DNA of 64,000 nucleotides, from positions 391-64,390 of the forward strand of contig CAJWNQ010000007.1 in the NCBI GenBank assembly GCA_913043905.1, written 5' to 3'. Below are positions 29,522 to 39,164 of this stretch, piece after piece. The notes under the pieces are model-generated. The model saw only the letters and a program-made list of their open reading frames with translations, ran no database searches and had not been told where the DNA came from. The position numbers and the translations under genes were made by a program. Source of the DNA: an uncultured Rhodobacteraceae bacterium (lineage in GTDB: Bacteria > Pseudomonadota > Alphaproteobacteria > Rhodobacterales > Rhodobacteraceae). The first letter of the stretch is position 1. Every line of letters starts with the position of its first letter.

Positions 29522-30553
29522 TTACCCCTTTAATTTCCGACAAAATAAAAAATTACTGCCTTCGTGGTTTACAAGTTTTAATAAATGCTTTTCATTTTTA
29601 TTTACAGCGTTAGGATCAAGTCCAATTTTTATTAAATCCGATTTATCTTTAAGATTTTTTTGATCTTTTATAAAAGCTTTACTCAAAAGCTCTAAGCCTG
29701 GACTAGATAATACTTCACCCATACCCTTATCAGTGAAGCTCTTTTGCAAACACAATAATTTCTTATTCATAGATTTTTTTGTACGATTAAATTTTTCAGA
29801 GCAAGCTAAAATTTTAAAAGTATAAGTCGTTCCATAGCTGTCTATATAATTATTAGACCCTAAAATTCCCGCTTCAAGAGTAGAGGGCTTTGTCGCCTTT
29901 ATATAATTTTCACCCAAAGTTATGTATTGTACTGGTTTTGCTACCTCACCCTCACCTACGTAAGACAGATGAGGCATTATCCCACGTAAACCATTTTGGG
30001 TGAGCTTCAAATTAGCTTCTTCAATCAAAAATCGTTGGCTTCCTTCTGATGCAAGCCCAACTTTCCATTTATGAGTTTTAAAAACTAATTTACCATTATC
30101 AATCTGAACTTTACCAGATGCTCGCTTGAAACCCTTGCGGTGCAATATAACAAAATTACAATTATAATTGATATTATTACTTATATCAATTTTTGAAAAA
30201 TCAAAATCTGTTACAGATTTAATTTCCCCAATATCAGCTAATATTTCTATAGGAAACCTCTTAAATTGACCTATTTCAAGTAGCTTTAATGCCTGATTAC
30301 CTTGAAGCATTTTACATACATTTTCTGCATCACTCTTTTTAAAGTTTGGGGATTTAAAATTGTTCGCTTGGCTTATTAATTGATTAATAGCAGTTTCTGT
30401 TTTCTTCCCCCAAAGACCATCTGAGGGGCCTGGGTTAAACACAGTCTTAGCTAAGAATTTTTGAATGCACAGGATATTTTCTTCAGCTTGAATCTGAGTA
30501 CTAAATACCATCAACATTAGAAATAATGTGATCTTTAATTTAATTTTAGTCAT
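29522..30553 (-). CDS. Secreted hypothetical protein with an N-terminal peptidoglycan-binding-like motif
   Basis: Signal peptide, then IQKFLAKTVFNPGPSDGLWGKKTETAINQL (PG_binding_1-like). It overlaps the DUF1501 gene stop by 4 nt. Confidence 0.7.
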   Translation of the reverse strand: MTKIKLKITLFLMLMVFSTQIQAEENILCIQKFLAKTVFNPGPSDGLWGKKTETAINQLISQANNFKSPNFKKSDAENVCKMLQGNQALKLLEIGQFKRFPIEILADIGEIKSVTDFDFSKIDISNNINYNCNFVILHRKGFKRASGKVQIDNGKLVFKTHKWKVGLASEGSQRFLIEEANLKLTQNGLRGIMPHLSYVGEGEVAKPVQYITLGENYIKATKPSTLEAGILGSNNYIDSYGTTYTFKILACSEKFNRTKKSMNKKLLCLQKSFTDKGMGEVLSSPGLELLSKAFIKDQKNLKDKSDLIKIGLDPNAVNKNEKHLLKLVNHEGSNFLFCRKLKG

Positions 30554-31689
30554 CCAAATATATGTTCATAAATACGTGCTATTTTTTTATCTTTAAAAAC
30601 TTTATCTACAATTAAGTCATGATCAAGACTGAATGCAGCCTCAATACATGCAGCACACACTGAACGATAATCAATAGTCGCAAACAGATCTCTTTTTTCA
30701 TAAAGATTTTTGTTTGACAGCCCTGGCCAATTTGAAACCACGCTTGATTTATTGATTAAGCCACCAGCTAATAAGCCAACTGACCCATAACCATGATCTG
30801 TTCCAGCAGACCCATTCTCCTGAACAGTTCGGCCAAATTCAGTTGTTGTTAGTACAATTGTATTATCCCATTGTTCCTTTAATGCACTTCTGAGTTGATA
30901 AAATACATTATCTAATAGAGTAAACAGTTTAGGGTGATGGCCTGTTGTGGAGCCAATACTGGAGTGATCATCAAATTCTGGTATCGTGAGAACCGCAACT
31001 CGAGGACCATTTAACTCCCTCATAGACTCCCCTGCTTTAGTTGCTAAACTCAATGGATCCCTAGCTCTGAGCTTACTGGGTCTATTCATTGAAGCTTGGC
31101 TTAATTTATCAATTGCTACCATAACCTCTCCATCGTGAGTATTTTTTATAAGATTTAAAAGTTCACTTTGTGGGGTTCGTGTTTTTCCAATATTTGCAGG
31201 GTAAAAATTATCAAATGCTGGCGCACCCCTAATTAATAATGGAGCATCAAGAGATAATGCTTTACCAGTTATCTTTGCGAGATCCATCGCGCGTCCTAAC
31301 CAGCCTGTATTTATAGAAAATGGTATTTTAGATCCAGTCTGAGAGACATTTTGCCCTTCAAAATGCGAACGTGCAGTATATGGAAACGAAGTAGCATGGA
31401 CTATTGACGCTTCATTACTTTTCAGCATTTTTGAAAAGTTTTTGAAATTAGGGTGTATTCCAAAAAGTGGGTTAAGCTTTAGTGGATTTGAGGCTACTAA
31501 CGCTTTCCTTTGCTTGAAAAGATCATCATCACCTATTGGCGGAACTGCTAGGAGGCCATCCATTCCCCCTTGCAACATAATAACTACAATGCGGCCTTCT
31601 ACTGGCCCTTTTGTGAAGCCATGTACAGGATAGCCCGACAAAGCTAAAGCTGGGGCAGCCGCTGATAAAAAATGCCTGCGATTTATCAT
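30550..31689 (-). CDS. DUF1501 protein (sulfatase/alkaline-phosphatase-like fold) with Tat signal
   Basis: Twin-arginine N-terminus MINRRHFLSAAAPALALSG. The C-terminal TEFGRTVQENGSAGTDHGYGS matches the DUF1501 signature. Confidence 0.85.
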   Translation of the reverse strand: MINRRHFLSAAAPALALSGYPVHGFTKGPVEGRIVVIMLQGGMDGLLAVPPIGDDDLFKQRKALVASNPLKLNPLFGIHPNFKNFSKMLKSNEASIVHATSFPYTARSHFEGQNVSQTGSKIPFSINTGWLGRAMDLAKITGKALSLDAPLLIRGAPAFDNFYPANIGKTRTPQSELLNLIKNTHDGEVMVAIDKLSQASMNRPSKLRARDPLSLATKAGESMRELNGPRVAVLTIPEFDDHSSIGSTTGHHPKLFTLLDNVFYQLRSALKEQWDNTIVLTTTEFGRTVQENGSAGTDHGYGSVGLLAGGLINKSSVVSNWPGLSNKNLYEKRDLFATIDYRSVCAACIEAAFSLDHDLIVDKVFKDKKIARIYEHIFG

Positions 31690-33201
31690 CTAAATCTCCA
31701 TAAAATCTGAGCTACATAATGCAATAATAAACTTTTCTTCAGAGTTTCTACCTTTTGAGATAGCTACTTTTGTTCTATCTGAAAAATCTAAAAGATTAGC
31801 TATTTCCTCACCTGACCTAGATGGCCCTGCATTAAAAATTCTTGATGCTATTCTAACTCTACGATCTAAATGTTCTGTGGATACCCAGTCTAGTTTTTTT
31901 TCTGAGTAGCCATCAGGTTGTCTAGAGGCCCAGAAGCTATGGCCAATTTCTTCAAGAATGCCTAATGGTTCATGAATGGGTGTGCCATCATCTCTAATAC
32001 GCCCAAAGCCTCCAGCTGATTCATTTTCTTTCATGAAATTAGCCCCAGAAACCCGAATACCCTGCAACATCCATGTTGATGGCCAAAGGAATTTTTTACC
32101 CTTTGTTACTCGTGTAACTTTTAACGTAGCCTCATGGATTTTAACTAAGTCACCCCTTGAAGCTTTCCAAGCATCATAAATGATTTTAATTTCATTTTTA
32201 TTTGCGTTTTCACCAATGAAATGGATCGCTAATTTTTTTGAAAGATGTTGAGCAGTAAAATCATCCTGGGCCAACATGTCTGTTAATTTACGGAGTGCTT
32301 TAGGACCAGCAGGAAACGGCTTTCCCATTATAATCTTTTTCCCAGGTTCTGCTTTATTCTTAAGATAAGGTGATAAGGTAAATTCCTCTAATGACATATT
32401 ACCAATTGGGCTTCCTTTTTGTATTTTCAGTTTGTTATAGCGCTTAACAAAACTACTAAGGTTCACCCCCCAACCAGCTAATACTTTAGCAGCATTTTTT
32501 ATATCAGTTTCGGTATATTTTCTTTCAGGTGAAACTGTATGTAGCTCCATTAACTCTCGAGCTAGGTTATCATTTAAACCAGCGGTTCTCCCAATTTTTC
32601 TAAAGTTTATTGCTTCCTTCGAATTTTCACCAGAGTTAGCCGTGTTATCAAGATAATCCAACATACCTGGATGAGTTGTTGCCAAATATAATAAATCATC
32701 AAAAGATCCACCCAAGTTTTCATAAATTACATTATGAATTAGATCTCCGATCACATAATTTCTAAATCCAGATGAACCACCAACTGTGAAATGATTTGCC
32801 CAAAAGTGTAGTAATCTTTGCTTAAATATATCATCTCCATATACAGCAGAGTTCCAAAGCTTTTGTACGTCATAAAGATGAATATCGCTTTTTCTCTTTG
32901 AAGCCCGCTTGCGAAGTTTTTTTTCTTCTCGGCTAATCTTTTCTTTTTCAGTTTTTTCTACATATCTCAAATGCTTATGAAGTCTATTAAGCCTTTGCTC
33001 GATTGAGAAATTATGCTCTTCAGGCCATAATCCCACTTTATTGAGACCAAATAATTGAAACTTGCCATCTAACTGATTGCTATTCCAAACATCAATATTT
33101 GAGGGTACTTCATCGTCTGGCCTAAATCCAAAACCAACTTTTCTTGCCCAATTATTTTTGTTTTCATACATTTTTTGACCCAGTAGCTTATCTGATATCA
33201 T
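31690..33201 (-). CDS. DUF1800 protein
   Basis: LLHFWANHFTV matches the DUF1800 FWxNHF signature. It abuts the DUF1501 gene with no gap, the usual pairing. Confidence 0.85.
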   Translation of the reverse strand: MISDKLLGQKMYENKNNWARKVGFGFRPDDEVPSNIDVWNSNQLDGKFQLFGLNKVGLWPEEHNFSIEQRLNRLHKHLRYVEKTEKEKISREEKKLRKRASKRKSDIHLYDVQKLWNSAVYGDDIFKQRLLHFWANHFTVGGSSGFRNYVIGDLIHNVIYENLGGSFDDLLYLATTHPGMLDYLDNTANSGENSKEAINFRKIGRTAGLNDNLARELMELHTVSPERKYTETDIKNAAKVLAGWGVNLSSFVKRYNKLKIQKGSPIGNMSLEEFTLSPYLKNKAEPGKKIIMGKPFPAGPKALRKLTDMLAQDDFTAQHLSKKLAIHFIGENANKNEIKIIYDAWKASRGDLVKIHEATLKVTRVTKGKKFLWPSTWMLQGIRVSGANFMKENESAGGFGRIRDDGTPIHEPLGILEEIGHSFWASRQPDGYSEKKLDWVSTEHLDRRVRIASRIFNAGPSRSGEEIANLLDFSDRTKVAISKGRNSEEKFIIALCSSDFMEI

Positions 33202-33352
33202 TAACTATTTTCGTTAAAATTGATATAATCATTTTAATAGGTTATTTTTCATGAGCAAAAGTTCAATTATTTAAAAATATAGCACAACAGCAATTGGTCT
33301 TAAATTTAATATACAATGGCCGAACTCATTACTAGTTAATTTAGCTTAACTT

Positions 33353-34099
33353 CTAGAGGATTTGGCTCAAAAATTCTTTGGTACGCGGATCCTTTGCATT
33401 TTCAAAGAATTTTTTTGGATTGCCATGCTCAACAATTAAACCACCATCAGTAAAATATATATGATCCGCCACCTCACGAGCAAAACCCATTTCATGGGTG
33501 ACTAGAATACAGGTCATACCATCTTCTGCCAATTTTTTTATAGTCAACAGAACTTCATTTACTGTTTCAGGATCTAGTGCTGCTGTAACTTCATCAAACA
33601 AAATCACATCTGGATTCATTGCCAAAGAACGCGCTATGGCAACGCGCTGCTGTTGCCCACCTGACATTTCACCAGGATAGGCATTAACTTTATCTTCTAA
33701 TCCGACCTTACGTAGTAGTTTAATAGCTGCTTTTTGTGCTATTTCTTTGTCGTGTTTCAACACTCTTATTGGTGCCATCATAACATTTTCAAGAGCAGTT
33801 TTATGTGGAAATAAGTTGTACTGCTGGAATACCATACCAACTTTTTTGCGTAGCTCCAGCTTGTTTAATTCTGGGTCATTTACCTCTTGGCCTTCAACAA
33901 GTATTGAACCAGACTGAATGTCATTTAGGCCATTAATGCAGCGGATTAAAGTAGACTTTCCAGATCCAGATGGCCCAATAATGCAAATAACTTCACCTTT
34001 CATTACATCCAGAGAAACCCCCTTTAAAACTTCAAGTGTACCAAAGGATTTATAGACATCTTTGATAGAGACCATTGGTTTAGTTTCATCCCAGTTCAT
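33353..34099 (-). CDS. Polar amino-acid ABC transporter ATP-binding protein
   Basis: [37 protein letters not shown]. Confidence 0.9.
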   Translation of the reverse strand: MNWDETKPMVSIKDVYKSFGTLEVLKGVSLDVMKGEVICIIGPSGSGKSTLIRCINGLNDIQSGSILVEGQEVNDPELNKLELRKKVGMVFQQYNLFPHKTALENVMMAPIRVLKHDKEIAQKAAIKLLRKVGLEDKVNAYPGEMSGGQQQRVAIARSLAMNPDVILFDEVTAALDPETVNEVLLTIKKLAEDGMTCILVTHEMGFAREVADHIYFTDGGLIVEHGNPKKFFENAKDPRTKEFLSQIL

Positions 34100-34111
34100 A
34101 TTATATCTACC

Positions 34112-34957
34112 TTAATTAATAACAGAAAATTTGCGCTCTAGGCGCACAGTTAATCGTGCGATTGGGTAACAATAAACGAAAAATATTAGTAATACGAATG
34201 CATAAAAGGGCGCCAGCAAATCTGGCCTTCCACCCTCAGCTGCCAACGCTTCACCAGTAAGTGTCATGACTTCTGATACCCCAACAATAGAAGCCAATAC
34301 AGTTGCCATTGTAAGGATAGCATAAAGATTCATCCATGGTGGTAGCATGCGCTTCAAGCATTGGGGTAAAATGATTAGCCATAAAGTCTGTCGTCGGCTG
34401 TATGCTAGGCTTTCAGCTGCTTCCCATTGCCCACTTGGCAGCGAAAGAACTGCCCCCCTAATAATCTCAGAAACATTAGCCATAACTGGCAGCGCCAATC
34501 CTATTGTGGCCTTAACCCAATCAGGCAGTGGGATTATAATCCCAAAAACGTTAACTTCAAAAGGCAAAAGGAACATAGCAAAAAATAATAAAACTAACCA
34601 AGGTGCATTACGAAAAAATTGAGTTAAGAGCCATGAGCTACTACGTACAAAGCGATTTAAAGATAACTGCCCAATTCCTAAAGCTGCTCCCAATCCAGTT
34701 CCTATAGCCATAGCCATAACAGATATTAAAACATTAAAGATAAAACCTTGTAACAATAACGGCATCCAACGCATCAATGTTTGTAAAGCGCCAAGACGGA
34801 TATCTGATCCTGATTGAGCAATCGCAGATGTACCTAAAATCAATGCGAGAATTGGTACGACATACCATAACTTAATGGTAGACCCAAAACTCTCCGTCTC
34901 CACTGGCTTAAAGGGCAACATAACGGGCAGATCAGTTTTATATGGATGATGCTTCAT
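34112..34957 (-). CDS. Polar amino-acid ABC transporter permease
   Basis: Polytopic BPD-type permease, second of two, with an N-terminal extension. Confidence 0.85.
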   Translation of the reverse strand: MKHHPYKTDLPVMLPFKPVETESFGSTIKLWYVVPILALILGTSAIAQSGSDIRLGALQTLMRWMPLLLQGFIFNVLISVMAMAIGTGLGAALGIGQLSLNRFVRSSSWLLTQFFRNAPWLVLLFFAMFLLPFEVNVFGIIIPLPDWVKATIGLALPVMANVSEIIRGAVLSLPSGQWEAAESLAYSRRQTLWLIILPQCLKRMLPPWMNLYAILTMATVLASIVGVSEVMTLTGEALAAEGGRPDLLAPFYAFVLLIFFVYCYPIARLTVRLERKFSVIN

Positions 34958-35700
34958 TGTCCAAACCCCGGAATTTTTAATGATCTATCCCAAAAATTCA
35001 TCGCCCAAACTAAAATTCCAACCAAGACAAAATATGCAACTAACAAAAATAGCATCATTTCAGTTACATTAACATTATCTGACCAAATTTGATTAGATTC
35101 ATATAAAAGTTCTGGAACAGCAATAGCGTACGCGAGTGTTGTAGTTTTAACCAAATTAACCAAATTATTATTTAATGATGGTATAACTACACGAAGTGCC
35201 AATGGTAATGTAATATCTTTATAAATTTGTAATCGTGAAAATCCTAGTGCTTTGGCCGCTTCAATTGTTGACTTAGGTACTGCCTCAATCCCTGATCGAA
35301 AGATTTCCACGTTGAAGGCTCCTGCAAAAAAGGAAAGTGATATCACCGCCCAGCCAAAGCTATCTATTAAGGGGGATGTCCCACCCCAATCATTTTCAAC
35401 GCGAGGTATTAAAATGCCGACGGCAAAATAAAAAAAGTATAACTGTACTAAAGGTGGAGTATTTCGAAATAATTGAATGTAAACATTTACGATACGACGC
35501 GTTGTTTTCCAAGGTGATCCTTGTAGCCAGGCTCCCACCATCCCAATTATTACTGAAAATAAAACACAAATAGCAGACAGCTTTATAGTGGCCCATAACC
35601 CATTTAGGATACGTCCACGATCATATTCGTCATACATGAAGGGTAAATTAATTCCCGTATCCTCATAGAGAATGCGAAACCATTCATAGAAAGCTTCCAT
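34954..35700 (-). CDS. Polar amino-acid ABC transporter permease
   Basis: Polytopic, with the loop EAAKALGFSRLQIYKDITLPLAL. 4-nt overlap with the next permease. Confidence 0.9.
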   Translation of the reverse strand: MEAFYEWFRILYEDTGINLPFMYDEYDRGRILNGLWATIKLSAICVLFSVIIGMVGAWLQGSPWKTTRRIVNVYIQLFRNTPPLVQLYFFYFAVGILIPRVENDWGGTSPLIDSFGWAVISLSFFAGAFNVEIFRSGIEAVPKSTIEAAKALGFSRLQIYKDITLPLALRVVIPSLNNNLVNLVKTTTLAYAIAVPELLYESNQIWSDNVNVTEMMLFLLVAYFVLVGILVWAMNFWDRSLKIPGFGQ

Positions 35701-35756
35701 TATTCCCCCAGGGAATGATTGTGGACAAGAATTTTAACGCCTTGCCCACAATTTTA

Positions 35757-36557
35757 TTATTTTTCGTTCATAGTTTTCGCAAATGGTGTGTTTGTAACAC
35801 CCCACTTAGTTTCTAAATCAAGAATACGTCCTGACTTGTGCCACGCTATAATTATTCCACTCATCATTGCATGAAATTTATCTTCACCCAACTGTACAGC
35901 TAGGCCCCAAGGCGCATCATCAATTGTTGCTAAAGGCATTTCATACCCGGCCCACTCTGGATCCTTTGTTTTAGCAACTATTGCAGAATCATCATAGACA
36001 AATGCTGCGCAGTTACCCGCTTTTAAAGCTGCATATGCTTCTGCGGTTCCTTTAAATGCAACAATTTTGGCACCATAATTTTGTGACGTTGCCTTATTGT
36101 AAAATGCACCTTGAATACCACAAACAGGCTTACCCTTAAGATCAGACCATTCTTTTAAACCTAATGATTCTAAGGCTAAAATATTAGTACCTGATGAGTA
36201 ATAATTTGGATCAACAATCGAAACTACTTTGCGGCGATCCGGCTTGTCTGTCATAGTCGCAATCATTAGGTCTACTTTGCCTTGCTCCAAGAATTGCATT
36301 CTATTTGAGCTAACAACTGGAATATATTCAATATCTACGCCAAGCATATCAGCAACATCTTTTGCTAGCTCTGGCTCTATACCTACAATACTTCCATCTG
36401 TGTCACGAAAACCGTACGGCTTATAATCTGCCTTAACGCCAACTCTTATAACGCCACGCTCTTTAATATCATCAATTACGTCAGCATAAACAGCTGTTGC
36501 TGTTGAAGCAGTTATAACAGCAGTTATCGCTAGTCTTTTTACAAAATTTAATTGCAT
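35757..36557 (-). CDS. Family-3 periplasmic amino-acid-binding protein
   Basis: The ATG at 36557 is preceded by AAGGAAA. Signal peptide MQLNFVKRLAITAVITASTATAVYA. Confidence 0.85.
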   Translation of the reverse strand: MQLNFVKRLAITAVITASTATAVYADVIDDIKERGVIRVGVKADYKPYGFRDTDGSIVGIEPELAKDVADMLGVDIEYIPVVSSNRMQFLEQGKVDLMIATMTDKPDRRKVVSIVDPNYYSSGTNILALESLGLKEWSDLKGKPVCGIQGAFYNKATSQNYGAKIVAFKGTAEAYAALKAGNCAAFVYDDSAIVAKTKDPEWAGYEMPLATIDDAPWGLAVQLGEDKFHAMMSGIIIAWHKSGRILDLETKWGVTNTPFAKTMNEK

Positions 36558-36922
36558 ATACATTTCCTTTATTAAATTACTAAGTATCATTATGTCATTT
36601 AAATCATATGTTACTAAATGATTTTGAGTCAATGTAATTAAATATCTTCTGAAATAATCAGAATTTAATTTTAAGAAGTAAGCACTTCATCTTTGGATTT
36701 AAAGCGAAGCACAGCTAATTAATAAATTAGATAAATTCTAAGCCTAGCATCACCAGCAAAGTTACCCCTTACAGTAAGTTTTTAATGCAGCTATGTTCGT
36801 TAAGCATTCATAGCATTATTGAGAGCTAGTTAGTTTTTAGCCACACTCGAAAAATTAACTATGTTGATTTACTAGTTTGCTGAAATAAAGCTATAAATTA
36901 AATAAACGGGGAATAGTTTGAC

Positions 36923-37951
36923 ATGGCAAATCTAGCTCAGCGTCTTATCGACAATCTTCCAAAGGCAGAACTACACCTCCACATTGAAGGAACACTAGAG
37001 CCTGAAATGATGCTAATTTTAGCTAAGCGCAATGGGGTTACACTGCCTTATGAAACAGTGGAAGATGTCCGAAATGCATATCAGTTTGATTGCCTTCAAG
37101 ATTTTCTTGACCTTTATTACTTAGGCATGTCCGTACTTCTTACAGAGAAAGATTTTTATGATTTAACATGGGCTTACTTGGAACGGGTTCATACCGATCG
37201 GTTAACACATGTGGAAATGTTTTTTGACGCCCAAGCACACACGGATCGAGATGTCGCATTTGAGACGGTACTAGGGGGTATCACAACTGCTCTAGAACAG
37301 GCGCGCAAAGAGTTTGGAATAACATCGAAATTAATTATGTGCTTCCTGCGGCATCTCCCCGAAGAACAGGCATTTGAGGCGCTTGAATGTGCCTGTAAGC
37401 ACAAAGAGCATATTTTTGGCGTTGGATTGGACAGTGCTGAAAAAGGAAATCCACCTAGTGCCTTTGCTCGAGTGTTTGAGGCGGCACGAGAGAAAGGGTT
37501 CGTACCTGTTGCTCACGCTGGTGAAGAGGGGACGGCAGAAAATGTAAGGGAAGCATTAGATGTCCTGAAAATCGAGCGCATAGATCATGGGAATCATGCG
37601 CTAGACGACCCTGCCCTGACGCAGCGCTTGGCCAAACAACAGACACCTCTTACTATGTGTCCAATTTCTAATTGGCGACTAAAAGGGATCCCATCACTAT
37701 CGGTAAGCCCAGTGAAAAAGGCCCTTGATGCAGGTTTATTGGTGACAGTAAATTCAGATGATCCCTCATATTTTGGCGGATATTTAAATGATAACTACCG
37801 AGCGGTTCACGAACATCTAGGGTTATCTGAGAAAGAAATAATACAATTGGTAAAAAATTCGTTTGCAGGTTCGTTTCTGAGCGATAGTGAAAAGCAAAGT
37901 CAGTTGGATAAAGTTGACCAACAAATTGGCACACAGATAGGCCGTAAATAA
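36923..37951 (+). CDS. Adenosine/adenine deaminase-family amidohydrolase, adenine-deaminase (ADE) subtype
   Basis: LPKAELHLHIEGTLEPEMM (metal-binding HxH), ..HAGEEG.., ..VNSDDPSYFGGYL... The HLHIEGTLEP form is the one I associate with the adenine-deaminase-type clade rather than E. coli Add. Confidence 0.8.
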   Translation: MANLAQRLIDNLPKAELHLHIEGTLEPEMMLILAKRNGVTLPYETVEDVRNAYQFDCLQDFLDLYYLGMSVLLTEKDFYDLTWAYLERVHTDRLTHVEMFFDAQAHTDRDVAFETVLGGITTALEQARKEFGITSKLIMCFLRHLPEEQAFEALECACKHKEHIFGVGLDSAEKGNPPSAFARVFEAAREKGFVPVAHAGEEGTAENVREALDVLKIERIDHGNHALDDPALTQRLAKQQTPLTMCPISNWRLKGIPSLSVSPVKKALDAGLLVTVNSDDPSYFGGYLNDNYRAVHEHLGLSEKEIIQLVKNSFAGSFLSDSEKQSQLDKVDQQIGTQIGRK

Positions 37952-37997
37952 TACTTTCAAAACTAATAATTGAAACGATAAACTGATGAATTGAAAC

Positions 37998-39092
37998 ATG
38001 AACAATCCTTTTACAAACCCACCAATAAAACCCGACACGCAGGACGGTCATTATGACCACGCCGAACTTGGGTTGGCCAATCGCAACTCAGGCACATTGT
38101 TGGAAACCCTAGCACTGGATATTACACCTTCCGGAGCACATTATCTGCTGACCCATTTCGACACTCCTATCTTGGATCCTAATATTCATCGATTGCAGTT
38201 TGAAGGTGCTTTTGCCAACCCGTTTGAAATGAATATGAACCAAATCCGTAGTCTGCCCCAGATCACGATACCTGTGACACTTGAATGCGCAGGAAACGGG
38301 CGGGCGGGCCTTTCTCCACGCCGATATTCAATGCCCTGGGGGGTTGAAGCAGTGGGCACATCAGAATGGATTGGAACACCACTTGCGCCACTGATTGCTC
38401 AGGCAAGTCCAAAATCTGATGTTGTTGAAATCTCTTTTACCGGGGCTGATTACGGATATGACGATGGAGTTGGACATTACTTTGGCCGTAGCTTAACCCT
38501 TGATCAACTTGGTACGCTTGATGTTATTTTAGCATACGGAATGAATGGCCAACCGCTCTTACCCCAGCACGGTGCTCCACTCCGAATTGTAGTACCAGGA
38601 TGGTATGGGATGGCATCAGTTAAATGGTTAGATAGAATTGGAGCACTGACCCAACCTTATGATGGTTATCAGCAGATCCGCACGTATCGTTTCAAGGAGA
38701 GCGCTGAAGACGAAGGTCGGCCTGTCACCCATATAAGAGTAAAGTCGTTGATGGTTCCCCCGGGTGTGCCCGATTGGCTCAGCCGAGTGCGCTGTGTGGA
38801 AGCGGGAGACGTACATATTCAGGGACGGGCATGGTCTGGATTAGGCCGTACAATTACCAAAGTAGAGTTTGCTGCAAATGGAACTTGGCAAGAGGCTAAA
38901 CTGAAAGAGCGCAAAGGCAAATTTGCCTGGACTGGATGGGAGCATACTTGGAGCGCTGAACCTGGCAAATACGTTTTGCAGTGCCGAGCCACAGACGAAA
39001 CAGGCGCAATTCAGCCAATCAATCCGCCTTGGGACCTCTCCGGCTTTGGCAACAATGCTGTCCAGTCCGTTCGCGTCTTTGTGAAGGCCTAA
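37998..39092 (+). CDS. Sulfite-oxidase-fold molybdopterin oxidoreductase (Mo-binding + dimerisation domains), no signal peptide
   Basis: TLECAGNGR (Mo-ligand Cys motif), GAPLRIVVPGWYGMASVKWL, and a C-terminal Ig-like domain (..QGRAWSG..). Confidence 0.8.
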   Translation: MNNPFTNPPIKPDTQDGHYDHAELGLANRNSGTLLETLALDITPSGAHYLLTHFDTPILDPNIHRLQFEGAFANPFEMNMNQIRSLPQITIPVTLECAGNGRAGLSPRRYSMPWGVEAVGTSEWIGTPLAPLIAQASPKSDVVEISFTGADYGYDDGVGHYFGRSLTLDQLGTLDVILAYGMNGQPLLPQHGAPLRIVVPGWYGMASVKWLDRIGALTQPYDGYQQIRTYRFKESAEDEGRPVTHIRVKSLMVPPGVPDWLSRVRCVEAGDVHIQGRAWSGLGRTITKVEFAANGTWQEAKLKERKGKFAWTGWEHTWSAEPGKYVLQCRATDETGAIQPINPPWDLSGFGNNAVQSVRVFVKA

Positions 39093-39164
39093 GTCAAAGT
39101 AAGAAATTGTAGAGCTTATGGTTGGGTACTGACTAGGACAAACGAATTAAGCATAACTCCATTA

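Noticed and set aside
36633-36922. Looked for a purine (adenine/guanine) riboswitch upstream of the deaminase gene, since add genes carry one in some bacteria.
   Set aside because: I could not find the conserved core (..TATAAT..GGATATGG...GTTTCTACC...CCGTAAAT..), nor a three-way-junction-like pairing.
36790-39150. Possible direct repeats flanking the deaminase/Mo-enzyme islet (TTAAGCAT..CATTATT on both sides).
   Set aside because: Only 8 + 7 nt match with different spacing, in AT-rich DNA. This is not convincing as att sites or target duplications.
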